A stretch of DNA of 64,000 nucleotides, taken from assembly GCA_045598585.1 (NCBI GenBank), contig JAZLMG010000027.1, forward strand, positions 4,380-68,379, in the 5' to 3' direction. The DNA is from Kiritimatiellia bacterium (lineage in GTDB: Bacteria > Verrucomicrobiota > Kiritimatiellia > RFP12 > UBA1067). A program made the translations under genes and the position numbers. The first letter of the stretch is position 1; every line of letters begins with the position of its first letter. The notes under the pieces were generated by a model. That model had not been told where the DNA came from. It worked only from the letters and a program-made list of their open reading frames with translations, and did not search any database. Positions 10,310-21,161 of this stretch are shown piece by piece.

Positions 10310-11453
10310 GCTTAAAAATTTCAGCTTCCTGATGTTTGCCGCGATGATTGCGCTCATCGCGATCGGCACGATTGCCATTTATTCGGCGGGTAATGCGCGT
10401 ACCGAATATATCTTCCACGGCATGTGGATCAATAATCTCGTGACGGCTGTCTTCGGGCTCGTATTGTATTTCCTGATCGCCTTTACCGATTATCGCAAAA
10501 TTCTCGATTTCGTTTCTGCTCCCGGGTACGCGGTTGCGATTGTGCTTCTTATCGCGGTGTTGATATTCGGAACAGAAGTCTATGGCGGCAAGCGCTGGCT
10601 CTTGTTCTTCCAACCAAGTGAAATCTCGAAACTCTTCATTATCATGTTTCTCGCTTGGGTCTTGGGCGGGAATTTCTTTGAAGAGCGCGGCTTTAAGGTG
10701 TTTCTCCTATCGCTTGTGATTATCGGGGTGCCGTCGGTGCTGATTCTGAAAGAACCGGATCTTGGAACGACCTTGACTTTGATTCCCGCGACTTTCCTTA
10801 TGATGCTCGTAGCGAAGGTTTGGCGCAAGGGTATGATCGTTATGTTCGCTACGGGAGCAATCGCGGCTCTCTCCATACTCGGCGCGGTCTATGAAGCGGA
10901 GAAGCCCGGCTGCACCGAGGAGCGTCACGCGAAGATCATGAAGTACGTTCCTTTGAAGCCTCATCAGGTAAAGCGGGTGAAGGTCTTCCTCTTCCCGGAC
11001 GAGGACACTCTCGGTGCGGGCTACAATTTACGTCAGGCGAAGTGCTCGATCGGTTCGGGTGGCTTCAGCGGTAAAGGCATCGGTAAGGGCGAGGTAAATC
11101 ACCTCAAATTCTTGCCGCCGTCGATTTCGATGAATGACTTCATCTTCTGCGTCTATGCGGAGGAGACGGGTTATGTCGGATCTTTAGTGCTCCTATGCGC
11201 GTTCGGAATGCTGCTCATCCCAAGCGCGTGGGTAGCGTTCTGCAGTAAAAACGATTCGGGGCGGCTTTTGGTGCTTGGCATCTCGACTCTGATATTCGCG
11301 CATGTCTATATCAACATCGCGATGTCGATCGGACTGGTGCCGATTACCGGACTTCCGCTGCCGTTCATCTCGTCGGGAAGAACCTTCCTCCTGACGGTCA
11401 TGCTCGGACTCGGGCTTATACAAAGTGTCTCTATGCACAGAGAGGAAAGATAA
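10299..11453 (+). CDS. rodA: peptidoglycan glycosyltransferase RodA (FtsW/RodA/SpoVE family)
   Basis: 384-aa polytopic SEDS-family sequence immediately after mrdA. Confidence 0.9.
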   Translation: MKSKLKNFSFLMFAAMIALIAIGTIAIYSAGNARTEYIFHGMWINNLVTAVFGLVLYFLIAFTDYRKILDFVSAPGYAVAIVLLIAVLIFGTEVYGGKRWLLFFQPSEISKLFIIMFLAWVLGGNFFEERGFKVFLLSLVIIGVPSVLILKEPDLGTTLTLIPATFLMMLVAKVWRKGMIVMFATGAIAALSILGAVYEAEKPGCTEERHAKIMKYVPLKPHQVKRVKVFLFPDEDTLGAGYNLRQAKCSIGSGGFSGKGIGKGEVNHLKFLPPSISMNDFIFCVYAEETGYVGSLVLLCAFGMLLIPSAWVAFCSKNDSGRLLVLGISTLIFAHVYINIAMSIGLVPITGLPLPFISSGRTFLLTVMLGLGLIQSVSMHREER

Positions 11454-11457
11454 CGAA

Positions 11458-13047
11458 ATGAATCTTAATCCGCTTAGTTGGTTCAAGCGCTCGAAACTGA
11501 AGCGCGAAATCATCGTGAACGTCGAGAAGTTGGAAACTCGCGTCGCGGTAATGGAAAACGGACGCATCGAGGAATACATGGTCGAGCATCCCGAAGAGGA
11601 GCGCCTCGTCGGCAGCGTCTTCAAAGGACGTATCCAGAATCTGGAGAACGATCTTCAGGCCGCTTTCGTGGATATCGGGCTTAAGAAGAACGCCTTCCTT
11701 CACTATTGGGATATGACGCCGGATATCGACGCGCTTATCGATGACGATGATCCCGAGAAGTCACAGAAGAAGGGCGGCCGAAAAGCGAATCGCCTGAGCG
11801 ACGAAGAAATCGCCAAGCGCTTCCCTCCGGGATCGGAAATCATCGTTCAGGTCACCAAGGGACCGATCTCGACGAAGGGCCCGCGTGTTACAGCGAATCT
11901 CTCGATCCCCGGTCGCTATCTCGTCATGATGCCCGGCACTCGCGTCCGCGGCGTTTCCAAGAAGATCGCCGACGCGGCGGAGCGTAAGCGTCTCAAGAAG
12001 ATCCTCGATAAGCTCCCCTTGCCCGATAATGTCGGCCTCGTAGTTCGCACTGTCGGCGCGGGTGCGTCAGCTCGCGCTTTCGCTCGTGACCTTCGCAACC
12101 TCGTCTCCGTTTGGAACGAAATGCAGGGAAATATCAAGAATCTTCGCACGCCTTGTTGCATTTTCCAGGAGCCCGATCTTTGCGAACGCGTCGTTCGCGA
12201 TTGGCTTACCGAAGACGTGGACGCGATCATTATCGACGACGAGAAGAGCTATAATGCGATGCGAGAAGTCACAGGTCGTATTTCGCGTCGCGCGAAGGCG
12301 AAGATCCGCCGCTTCGACGGGACGAGCTGCATCTTCGAGCACTATGGTCTCGAGCGTCAGCTTCATGAAGCGTTCTCGCGTCAAGTTCCGCTAAAGTCCG
12401 GCGGTTATCTCGTTATTGACGAGACCGAAGCGTTGATTGCGGTCGACGTCAACACGGGGCATTACAAGGGGAACGGTAGCCAGGAAGATGCGATTCTTGA
12501 AGTAAACCTCGAGGCGGTCGAAGAAGTCGCGCGTCAACTTCGTCTCCGTAACATCGGAGGCCTCGTTGTGCTCGACCTTATCGACATGAAAAGTCGCAAA
12601 CATCAGAACCAAGTTTACAAAGCTCTCAAAGCCGCGCTACGCCGCGATCGGGCGCGCACGAACGTTTTGCAGATTTCCGAGCTCGGACTTCTTGAGATGT
12701 CGCGACAGCGTCAAGATCAGTCGATTCTCTCGCAACTTACCTCGAAATGCCCCTACTGTCAGGGACATGGCGTCGTCAAGTCGCCGATGGCGATTTCGAT
12801 CGAAGTTCAGCGCCATTTGATCTCTTTACTCAAGAAAGCCGAGGTCGAAAAGAAGCCCTTCGAGCCGAAGATTATCGTCGCGCCTCAAGTCATGCAGCGT
12901 CTCAGAACCGAAGACGCGCAAATTTTGGGCGAACTTCAGAAGCAATTTTCGACGCGTCTTACCTTCGTTTCGGAACTTCATCGTCATCCGGAAGCGTTTT
13001 CTATACTAGACACAGCCACGTCACAAGTGTTATACTCTCAAGTATGA
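11458..13047 (+). CDS. rng: ribonuclease E/G family protein (RNase G-like)
   Basis: ATG 11458 follows GAGGAAAG. It has an S1 domain followed by the RNase E/G catalytic core (VIDETEALIAVDVNTG). Confidence 0.85.
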   Translation: MNLNPLSWFKRSKLKREIIVNVEKLETRVAVMENGRIEEYMVEHPEEERLVGSVFKGRIQNLENDLQAAFVDIGLKKNAFLHYWDMTPDIDALIDDDDPEKSQKKGGRKANRLSDEEIAKRFPPGSEIIVQVTKGPISTKGPRVTANLSIPGRYLVMMPGTRVRGVSKKIADAAERKRLKKILDKLPLPDNVGLVVRTVGAGASARAFARDLRNLVSVWNEMQGNIKNLRTPCCIFQEPDLCERVVRDWLTEDVDAIIIDDEKSYNAMREVTGRISRRAKAKIRRFDGTSCIFEHYGLERQLHEAFSRQVPLKSGGYLVIDETEALIAVDVNTGHYKGNGSQEDAILEVNLEAVEEVARQLRLRNIGGLVVLDLIDMKSRKHQNQVYKALKAALRRDRARTNVLQISELGLLEMSRQRQDQSILSQLTSKCPYCQGHGVVKSPMAISIEVQRHLISLLKKAEVEKKPFEPKIIVAPQVMQRLRTEDAQILGELQKQFSTRLTFVSELHRHPEAFSILDTATSQVLYSQV

Positions 13048-15278
13048 AGTATTTACGATACCCCATGACGCTTCTCTTAAGCGCCCTCACGGCTGTTGCC
13101 GCAGAGGACCCTATCGGTTACGTCGAACCGGCGAAACCGATGGGGCTTTCCGCCGATAAAATCCAAGTGGATAATGTCACGAAGACAACTGTCGTCAGCG
13201 GCAATGTTGCAGCCAAGTACGAGGCCTTCTCGATTCGCGGTGATAAACTCGCTCGCGATCAAGAAGGTACGATGACGGCGGAAGACGCGACGGTAACGAC
13301 TTGTACGAACGAAGTCGGCCATACTCACTGGGATGCGACGGGAAACGTCGTTTATCGCCAACAGGAGTATGTGATTCTACGCAACTCGTGGGTTCACTGG
13401 CATCAAATCCCGATCTTTTGGTTCCCGTATATATACTATCCGCTCGATACGAATTACGGACTACGAGTTATGCCGGGATATTCGAGTAGACATGGCGCAT
13501 ACCTGCAAGCGAGATATGTATATTCGCTCTATGGTAGCCCGTCCAAGAATCCCGATTCCCTCTGGCTTGCTGCCTCTACGCGAGTTGACTGGTGGCAAAA
13601 GAATGGTTTAGGTTACGGGCAGAGTCTTCGTTGGGGCCTTGGTGAATTCGGGAAAGGTCGTTTTAAGGGCTATTATATCAACGATAATGATTATGACTAT
13701 CTTTTCAAGGAGAAGCATGGCGGGTCGTCGAATCGCGCGTGGGAAAGCCCTGTTTATCGTGATCGATTCTACTTCGATTTGGAGCATAAGTGGCAAATTA
13801 CCGAGCGAGATGTATTTCGTCTTCGTGGCGAAAAGATTTCCGACTCTTTATTTCGCAATGACTTCTTCAGAAATTCGTTCTTTAGTTTGAAGAATGATTT
13901 CATTGGTTATGGTGGCAATGCGGTGCAATGGGAACATAATGAGTCAACAGTTGGCTTGGGTCTGGAGGTGAGTGGACCGCTTGATGACTTCTATACGATG
14001 ACCGGGCGTCTTCCCGAGGTGTATTTCGATGTTGCCCCTCAACCGATTTTTGACTTACCGTTTAATTATGAGTCTCAGACCAAGGCTGCCTATATGTATC
14101 GTCAAGAAGCCAAATACAATGGCAGCCGGGCTAATCCGCTATCGAATAATCCCGGTATTTGGGCGAACTATGAGACGGCTCGAGTCGATACATATCATAG
14201 GGTGACGATGCCTTTTAGGATTATGAACGATACGCTTTCGGTCGTACCTCGCGTCGGATATCATGGTACGTTTTGGGATAAAACCGGCTATATGCAGAAT
14301 CAGGATTCGTGGTATGCAGGAAACGTCAAGGCCAAAAATGGATCGAGCGCGATTCGTTCAATCGGCGAAGCGGGTGTTACCTTCTCGGCGCGTGGCACCG
14401 GTTATGTGAACGACAATTGGGCGCATATGATGGAGCCGTATTTTGATGTTCTCGCACAGAAGGCGAAGTACTCGGGGTTAAAAAAAGGCAATCGTCCCTA
14501 TGTTTTTGACACGGTTGACGCTTCGGTTATGTGGGAAGATCAGTTTGCGGGGCGCGGTCGTAATCTCCCTTACACGTATTATGGGCTCACTCCCGGTTTT
14601 AGAAACGCATGGAGTAAGCTTAATGAGCGTGGTGATTTACGGCAGATTGTCGATGTAGATTTTTATGTCGCGATGCAGTTCAACAAATCTTCTCGTACCG
14701 GTAGTAGGTGGCATGAACTTGCGGAAGTCGGCGATCCCAATTATGGTGCAGACGGCATCATGCTAGTCCCGGGTTACCGCGTTCGATATCGCCCCTCCAG
14801 CGACATATCGCTTATTTCTCGCGCTGAGTACGATAGCGAAAACGAGAAACTTGCGCTTTTTGACTTAGCATTCAATCAGAAGATATCCGAGAACTTCGAT
14901 TGGCATGTCAGATATGCGATTCGTGATTTTCGTTGGTGGGATTTCTCCTCCTCGCCATTCCATCCAAAATACGAAAAGAGCGATGTCATGAATCGCGCAT
15001 TGGTTCATAATGTTGATGTCGGGTTCTTTCATCATCCCATTGATTGGCTTCAGTATAGCCCGTTTTTGGTCTGGGATGCACGAGAGGGTTGCATTGATCG
15101 CGGTGGCGCGTGGATTGATTATTTGACCGACTGTATCGGCTATCGATTCCAGTTCGTTCATAGAGGTAAGATGCATCGTGTCGATGGCCATACCTATCCG
15201 GAAGACTGGGACTTTTCGGTTATGGTTTATTTGCGTGCATTCGGTTCGGGGACAGACGCCATTTTCAATAAATACTGA
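13044..15278 (+). CDS. lptD: LPS-assembly protein LptD (OstA family)
   Basis: ATG 13044 overlaps the rng stop (ATGA). It has a signal peptide (MKYLRYPMTLLLSALTAVAA), an N-terminal OstA-like region and a large aromatic-rich beta-barrel part. The track start at 12747 lies inside rng. Confidence 0.75.
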   Translation: MKYLRYPMTLLLSALTAVAAEDPIGYVEPAKPMGLSADKIQVDNVTKTTVVSGNVAAKYEAFSIRGDKLARDQEGTMTAEDATVTTCTNEVGHTHWDATGNVVYRQQEYVILRNSWVHWHQIPIFWFPYIYYPLDTNYGLRVMPGYSSRHGAYLQARYVYSLYGSPSKNPDSLWLAASTRVDWWQKNGLGYGQSLRWGLGEFGKGRFKGYYINDNDYDYLFKEKHGGSSNRAWESPVYRDRFYFDLEHKWQITERDVFRLRGEKISDSLFRNDFFRNSFFSLKNDFIGYGGNAVQWEHNESTVGLGLEVSGPLDDFYTMTGRLPEVYFDVAPQPIFDLPFNYESQTKAAYMYRQEAKYNGSRANPLSNNPGIWANYETARVDTYHRVTMPFRIMNDTLSVVPRVGYHGTFWDKTGYMQNQDSWYAGNVKAKNGSSAIRSIGEAGVTFSARGTGYVNDNWAHMMEPYFDVLAQKAKYSGLKKGNRPYVFDTVDASVMWEDQFAGRGRNLPYTYYGLTPGFRNAWSKLNERGDLRQIVDVDFYVAMQFNKSSRTGSRWHELAEVGDPNYGADGIMLVPGYRVRYRPSSDISLISRAEYDSENEKLALFDLAFNQKISENFDWHVRYAIRDFRWWDFSSSPFHPKYEKSDVMNRALVHNVDVGFFHHPIDWLQYSPFLVWDAREGCIDRGGAWIDYLTDCIGYRFQFVHRGKMHRVDGHTYPEDWDFSVMVYLRAFGSGTDAIFNKY

Positions 15279-16447
15279 TGCGAAAAGCCAGACAGCGAGG
15301 TATTGAGCGGCTCGAGAATTCTCTCGTTAAGCTGATTCAAGAGAAGGGTGCCGACCAAGTTGAGGACGGCGGTCTTCGGTTCTTGCTTGCGCTTTTAAAA
15401 GCGTTCAGCTTCCTGTACGGTGCGATTGTCAAACTTCGCTATTTATTCTATGCTTTGGGGGTTATAAAGCGATTCCCGCTCGGGGTGCAGGTCATTGCCA
15501 TCGGTAACGTAACTGCGGGTGGAACGGGTAAAACGCCTGTCACGGAGATATTCGCTCGAACTTTGCAACAACAAGGCCGCAAAGTGGCGATTCTTTCGCG
15601 TGGCTATCGCCGTAAAGAAGCACCTTTCTGGCAACGCATCTTTTCGCAGGTAATCGAGCCGCCGCTTGTAGTCTCCGACGGACGTCGCGTTCTTCTCGAT
15701 TCCGCGACCGGCGGCGATGAGCCGTATATGCTCGCTTCAAATCTTCCAGGGGTGGCTGTGGTCGTTGATCGTAATCGTGTAAAGGCGGGACGTTACGCTG
15801 TCAAGCGATTGGGATGCGATACGATTATTCTTGATGATGGCTTTCAGTATCAAAAGCTTAAACATTCGATCGAGGTCGTTCTCGTAGATTCGACGAATCC
15901 TTTCGGCAACGGCAACTTGCTCCCTCGAGGCATCCTGCGCGAGCCGGCGAAGCATTTGAAGCGAGCCGACATTATCTTCTTGACTAAATGCCGTGGTGAT
16001 GTGACCGAGGTTAAAGAAGAGGTCCGAAAATACAATAAGCACGCGCAGATTGTCGAGTGTAATCATGCGCCGAAGCTTTTGAAGGACGTGTGGACGAGAG
16101 AGGAGTATCCGCTTTCGTGGCTGTCGGGAAAGACTTGTTGCACGATTTCCGGCATCGCCAATCCTCGCGGATTCGAGAACTCGCTTCGACACATGGGCTC
16201 GAAGGTCATATGGTGCGATCACTATGCCGATCACCACCGATATGATTCCTCCGAGATTCTCTATGCGCTTAATCGTTCGGCTGATATGGGCGCGGACGCG
16301 CTTATCACGACTGAGAAAGATGCGGTAAAATTCCCTCGCTTCGAAACGACGCCTATTAAGTGCCTTTATCTTCGTATCGCGATTGAGATTCTTGCCGGCG
16401 GCGAGAGCTTCAACGATATCATTAACCGCATCTGCTTTAAGAAGTGA
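15278..16447 (+). CDS. lpxK: tetraacyldisaccharide 4'-kinase
   Basis: 389 aa with the P-loop [12 protein letters not shown]. Confidence 0.85.
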   Translation: MRKARQRGIERLENSLVKLIQEKGADQVEDGGLRFLLALLKAFSFLYGAIVKLRYLFYALGVIKRFPLGVQVIAIGNVTAGGTGKTPVTEIFARTLQQQGRKVAILSRGYRRKEAPFWQRIFSQVIEPPLVVSDGRRVLLDSATGGDEPYMLASNLPGVAVVVDRNRVKAGRYAVKRLGCDTIILDDGFQYQKLKHSIEVVLVDSTNPFGNGNLLPRGILREPAKHLKRADIIFLTKCRGDVTEVKEEVRKYNKHAQIVECNHAPKLLKDVWTREEYPLSWLSGKTCCTISGIANPRGFENSLRHMGSKVIWCDHYADHHRYDSSEILYALNRSADMGADALITTEKDAVKFPRFETTPIKCLYLRIAIEILAGGESFNDIINRICFKK

Positions 16448-17991
16448 AAATTCCGAAGGTTTTAGCGAACATCATCACAGTTGGCGCTTTCACTTCGCTT
16501 TCGCGTGTCCTTGGGCTCGTTCGCGAAATGCTCCAGTCCCGACTTATCGGCGCGGGTGTTGAGCAGTCCGCGTTCACACTCGCTTTCGCGCTTCCCAATA
16601 TGGCGCGTAAGCTCTTTGGTGAAGGTGCCTTGACCGCGGCGTTTGTGCCGGTCTTCAAAGGCGAAGTGGAGCGCGGCGATATTGAAAACGCGAAGCGTTT
16701 AGCGAACGCGGTCGTCACGATGGTGATGATGATTCTCGGCGCGGTCGTTGTTCTCGCGTGCCTCGGTATGAGCGCGTATCTCAATTTTGCCGGCATGCTT
16801 TCTGAACGCGCGGATCTTACGATTCGGCTTGTGAGAATCCTTTTCCCCTACATGATCTTCATTTGCGGCGCGGCGTTCGGTATGGGTGTTCTTAATGCGC
16901 TCGGGAAATTCAAGGCCGCCTCGTTCATGCCGAGCTTACTCAATATTATCTGGATTGCCGCGCTTGGGTTCTTATGTTTCTTCCCTTCGTTCACCCTTGC
17001 TGTTCGCGTGAAGTTCGTCGCGTGGGCGATTCTGCTTGGTGGTTTAAGTCAGATGGTGTTCTTGTTCTATTGCATGGCGAAGCGCGGCTTTGCGCCGAGA
17101 CTTGTATTCAAGGATTTCAAAAACGAAAAGGTGCGTCTCGTTTGGCGCAATACGCTTATCGCGGCGGTTGGTGCGGGAGCGGTGCAAATCAATTACATGC
17201 TTGACCAGGTTCTTGCGCAGTACGCGGCTCCTTGGGCGGCGAGCGTTATCGGCTATGCCGAACGTTTGATGGATTTGCCGCTCGGCGTAATCGGGGTCGC
17301 GTTCGGGACAGTCCTCCTCCCGACCTTTGCGGGACTCTTCGCGAAGAACGATTTGGAAGGAGCTCGCAAGGCGCTTTCCTCCTCGTTCGTGAACTTGATG
17401 TTCGTGATGCTTCCTGCGGCGGCAGGTCTCGCGGTACTCTCGATGGAGGTCACTTCGGTAATTTACGAAGGCGGCGCGTTTGATGGCGCGGCGACGATTC
17501 GAGTTGCGCGAGCTCTCGCTGTCTATTCGCTCGGGCTTGGCTTCTTCGGTTATCAAAAGAGCATCGTTCCTTGGTTCCAAGCCCAGAATGATATGAAGAC
17601 TCCGCTTAGAGTTTCGGTCATCGCCGTGTTCGTGAATGCGACCTTGAATATTCTCGCGGTTCTCCTCTTGCCTGTCGAATGGCGCCACGTCGGCCTCGCG
17701 ACATCGACGGTGGTGTGTGCGGCATTTTCCGCTATTTTGCTTACTGTTCTCGCAAGGCGCAAGAATGGCGCGCTTGGGCTTAAGTCGGCGAGCGGCAAGG
17801 TCGTTAAGATTCTTTTCGCCTCGCTCCTGATGGCGCTAACGATATATTTCTTGCGTTCTTTTGTCGCCGAGAGTTCTGCGCTTATTAAGCTTTTGACGCT
17901 TATTCCTGCGGGTGCGGCAGTTTATGCTTTACTCGCGGCGGTTATGATGCGTGAGGAAATTCGTCATTTCCTCTTGCGTAAATCGCTATAA
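16444..17991 (+). CDS. murJ: lipid II flippase MurJ (MviN)
   Basis: 515-aa polytopic protein with a GTG start overlapping the lpxK stop and a MurJ-like N-terminus (SRVLGLVREMLQSRLIGAG). Confidence 0.88.
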   Translation: MKIPKVLANIITVGAFTSLSRVLGLVREMLQSRLIGAGVEQSAFTLAFALPNMARKLFGEGALTAAFVPVFKGEVERGDIENAKRLANAVVTMVMMILGAVVVLACLGMSAYLNFAGMLSERADLTIRLVRILFPYMIFICGAAFGMGVLNALGKFKAASFMPSLLNIIWIAALGFLCFFPSFTLAVRVKFVAWAILLGGLSQMVFLFYCMAKRGFAPRLVFKDFKNEKVRLVWRNTLIAAVGAGAVQINYMLDQVLAQYAAPWAASVIGYAERLMDLPLGVIGVAFGTVLLPTFAGLFAKNDLEGARKALSSSFVNLMFVMLPAAAGLAVLSMEVTSVIYEGGAFDGAATIRVARALAVYSLGLGFFGYQKSIVPWFQAQNDMKTPLRVSVIAVFVNATLNILAVLLLPVEWRHVGLATSTVVCAAFSAILLTVLARRKNGALGLKSASGKVVKILFASLLMALTIYFLRSFVAESSALIKLLTLIPAGAAVYALLAAVMMREEIRHFLLRKSL

Positions 17992-18002
17992 AATAGTATA
18001 AT
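17974..18002 (+). promoter_or_regulatory. promoter of the TPR/ExbBD cluster
   Basis: TTGCGT, 17-nt spacer, TATAAT. The -10 ends 9 nt before ATG 18012, so the leader is very short or absent. Confidence 0.55.
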
Positions 18003-18011
18003 TATCTCATC

Positions 18012-21000
18012 ATGAGACATCAGTTAGCTACCATTTTCGGATGCGCGGCCTTGGCTTGCGCATCACAAGCCGTTTTCGCGGAGGAGCCCGCGAAGTCGGA
18101 AGCGGAGGTCGTCGAAGTCGATCCCGCGATGCTTGAAGAAATCAAATTCGTGAAAGCTCTCGTCGACGGGGGCTATTCCGATTTGGCCGAAAGCGTTATC
18201 GCCGCGACCAAGAAGAAGTGGCCGGAATCCGAGGCGGAACTTTTCGCTGTGGAAATTCGCGGACTTCTCTTGCTCGCGAAGTTCGACGAAGCCGAGAAGA
18301 AGATCGCCGCGCTTCCCGATCGCAAGAGCTCGAAATATTGGGCCGCGCGTGTCGAGCTCGGTAGCTTCTACTTCCTCAAAGGCCGCAAGGAAGAGGGCAA
18401 GAAGGTCTACGACGAGTTCTTCGCCCTTTATAAAGACAAGACTCCTCCGAAAGATTTGATGGGCACCTACATCAACGCCGCCTTCATGTGGGGTCAGCTT
18501 CTAGTTAAGGATCGCCGCTTCGCCGAAGCGATTGATGTCTATGCGATCTTGCTCGGCCAGAAGCTCGACAAGATTCAGCGCGGCGGTGTACTCTGCGAAG
18601 CGAGCGATATCAGTCTTCGTCTCGCCGGCGATATTGAAGATGCGAACAAGCGTAAGCCGATCCTCGACCGCGCCGAACCTTGGATCAAGGAGCTCCAGGA
18701 TGACCCCGATCAGCCGATTTATTTCGGTCGTTCGATTAATATGCTCGCGCACCTCACGATGCTTCGCGGCGATAATGATCGCGCCCAAGGCATCATTGAA
18801 GACTTCTTCCCCCAGCTTTTCGAACTTCATCAGGCTATCAAGGCCTCGGATCCTGACGGACGCAACGGTTCGCTGCGCCTTTCGCCGATTCCTCAATGTC
18901 GTTATCTTCTCGCTCGAATCCAGTGGATTCAGGCGATGGACGAGTTCAATAAGGGCTCGAAAAAGGACGATGAAATCGTTAAATCGCTTTTGTTCGGCAC
19001 TATCGACAAGAAGAGCGGCAAGCGTAATGGCCGCGGCGCTTATAACCACGCGCTCAATGTCTTCCTTCGCTACCCCGAGTCTTCCTGGTCGCCTGCGGCC
19101 GGCGAACTTGCGAACGAAATCAAGACTTTTGCGAAAGAAAAGTACGGCGCTAATGTCGTTGACAATATAACGCCCGATATGATCGCGAAGATTCGCGCCA
19201 ACCAGTTCAAGGGTGCCGCCAACAAGCAGCTCGAAGGCGAATATCTCGAAGCTATTGACGGATTTGTTGAAGTTCTTGGCCGTTATCCCGAGGAAATGGA
19301 GTCGATCCCCGCTATCGAAGCGGTTGCGACTTGCTACCTCGATTTGATGGTTAAGGCGATGATCGACAAGCAGAAGCCCCTCGAGGACGAATATCGTCTT
19401 TGTGCGAGCGCGGTCGAGGGCTATCTTATCGAGCGCTTCTGCGAGAGTGACGACAAGAAGCTCATGACGCTTGCGGGCGACGCGGTTCTGCGTCTCGCCA
19501 ATAAGGAAAAGGAGCGCCAGCAGCTCAATAACGAGCTTAAGCTCAAGCGTGCCTTCGCCGAGAACTTCCTCGCCCACCCGAATGCCGCGGGCGTCGCCGC
19601 CGGAGCCGCGAGCGAGCTCATGAAGAGCAATCGGTTTACGGAAGCGATCGAAATCTGGAACATTGTTGCGGAAAAGTATGAGTCCTCGCAGTTCTATTCT
19701 GCCGCGTACGCTCAGATTTCTCAGTGCTATCAGAAGCTTGAGAACCGTGAAGAAGCGCTCAAGGCGCTCCAGAAATATGTGGAAGTCGAAAAGAACGGTC
19801 TTTTGCAAGCTCAGGCTCAGATGCAGCTCGCTCAGATGTTCAAGGACGACGGTATCGACATGCTGAAGAAGGCCGAGGAGAAGGTCGGCACGGAGGAAGG
19901 CGCGAAGATGCTTACTCAGGCGAGCGCCAACATCATCCGCGGCATCAAGCAGTTTACGGAACTCTCCACGAAGGCCGAGGGTATGATCAACACGGTTTCG
20001 ACCCCGACCGGCGAAAAGGAGAAGTATTCCGAACTTCGTGAAGCGGGCATGTTCCTTATCGGCGATTCCTGGAGCCGCATGGTCCTCCCCGCCGACAAGC
20101 TCGCCAATTTCCGCCAGCGTGCCGCCGACAGCTTCGAAGCTTACGTTAAGGCCTATCCGAAGGGTAAGTACACGAAGGCCGCTTATGTGAAGCTCGGCAC
20201 GGTCTATACCGCGCTCCAGAAGAGCGAAGAAGCGAAGGGCGCCTTGGAGCGCCTAGGCAAGGACTTCCCCGATTCCGACGAAGCGAAGAACGCAAAGCCG
20301 CGTTTAGCCAAGAGCTTGGTCGAGATGGGTATGGCGAAGGAAGGCGCGGCGATTTACGCCGAAATGCTTAAGACCGACGGCGCTTATACCTCGCCTCAGT
20401 TCGTCCAGGCCGGTGAAGCGCTTATCGATGCGAAGGCGTGGGATCTCGCGAATCAGGCCTTCGATAAGGCGATTGCGAAGGCGACTCCGGAGCAGACTTC
20501 GAGCGTCGCCAAGGCGAAAATCGGCAAGGCGAAGAGCTTGTATCGCCAGAAGGCCTATGTTGAAGCGCGTGATTCCTTGGATACCTTCCTCGCCGATTCG
20601 AAGATGTCCAAACTCGCGATCGCCGAAGAGGCATATCTCCTTATCATCGAAGTCGCCTCCGAACAGGGTCGAACCGAAAAGAACGATGAGCTTCGTGCGA
20701 AGGACTTCGGCGCGGCCATCGGCGCGGTTAAGAAGATGCGTGTTTATTGGGCGAAGAAGGAACAGTGGGAACTCGACTCCTTGGATCTTATGTCCGCCGA
20801 TGTCCAAGTTCGTCGTATGAAAGCCGAAGAGGCGATGGATCTTAAGGAACAGGCAATGGAAACCTGCGAAAAGGCGGCTGCCTCCTTGCAGAGCTTCTTG
20901 CAGGCGCGTCGCATCACCAAGGATCGTCCTTTCGAATCGCTTTCCGAGGGCGATAAGCAGAATCTCGAACGTTGCTACTCGACGATGATTCCGCTCTTTT

Positions 21001-21161
21001 CGAAGCTTGGCGCGAATCAGGCCGACCGCGTGCTTAAGTTCGGTCAGGAATATCTCGATTTGTTCCCGAACGGCAAAGCCCGTACGGAAGTAGGTAATTG
21101 CATGAATCAGGCCAAGGCCTTGTCCGCGGCCCCGGCAGCTCAGAATGAGGAGGAAAAGTAA
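18012..21161 (+). CDS. large secreted TPR-repeat protein
   Basis: 1049 aa with a signal peptide (…CASQAVFA|EE) and helical-repeat (TPR-like) composition throughout. Confidence 0.6.
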   Translation: MRHQLATIFGCAALACASQAVFAEEPAKSEAEVVEVDPAMLEEIKFVKALVDGGYSDLAESVIAATKKKWPESEAELFAVEIRGLLLLAKFDEAEKKIAALPDRKSSKYWAARVELGSFYFLKGRKEEGKKVYDEFFALYKDKTPPKDLMGTYINAAFMWGQLLVKDRRFAEAIDVYAILLGQKLDKIQRGGVLCEASDISLRLAGDIEDANKRKPILDRAEPWIKELQDDPDQPIYFGRSINMLAHLTMLRGDNDRAQGIIEDFFPQLFELHQAIKASDPDGRNGSLRLSPIPQCRYLLARIQWIQAMDEFNKGSKKDDEIVKSLLFGTIDKKSGKRNGRGAYNHALNVFLRYPESSWSPAAGELANEIKTFAKEKYGANVVDNITPDMIAKIRANQFKGAANKQLEGEYLEAIDGFVEVLGRYPEEMESIPAIEAVATCYLDLMVKAMIDKQKPLEDEYRLCASAVEGYLIERFCESDDKKLMTLAGDAVLRLANKEKERQQLNNELKLKRAFAENFLAHPNAAGVAAGAASELMKSNRFTEAIEIWNIVAEKYESSQFYSAAYAQISQCYQKLENREEALKALQKYVEVEKNGLLQAQAQMQLAQMFKDDGIDMLKKAEEKVGTEEGAKMLTQASANIIRGIKQFTELSTKAEGMINTVSTPTGEKEKYSELREAGMFLIGDSWSRMVLPADKLANFRQRAADSFEAYVKAYPKGKYTKAAYVKLGTVYTALQKSEEAKGALERLGKDFPDSDEAKNAKPRLAKSLVEMGMAKEGAAIYAEMLKTDGAYTSPQFVQAGEALIDAKAWDLANQAFDKAIAKATPEQTSSVAKAKIGKAKSLYRQKAYVEARDSLDTFLADSKMSKLAIAEEAYLLIIEVASEQGRTEKNDELRAKDFGAAIGAVKKMRVYWAKKEQWELDSLDLMSADVQVRRMKAEEAMDLKEQAMETCEKAAASLQSFLQARRITKDRPFESLSEGDKQNLERCYSTMIPLFSKLGANQADRVLKFGQEYLDLFPNGKARTEVGNCMNQAKALSAAPAAQNEEEK

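Noticed and set aside
12747-13043. The ORF-track start (12747) for lptD overlaps 300 nt of rng. The same kind of 5' extension occurs at 23265 (exbD2), 2779, 11425, 36653, 51628 and 52576.
   Set aside because: - The extensions overlap well-supported upstream genes.
- They have no homology signal.
- Internal ATGs with an SD or an ATGA overlap give canonical N-termini.
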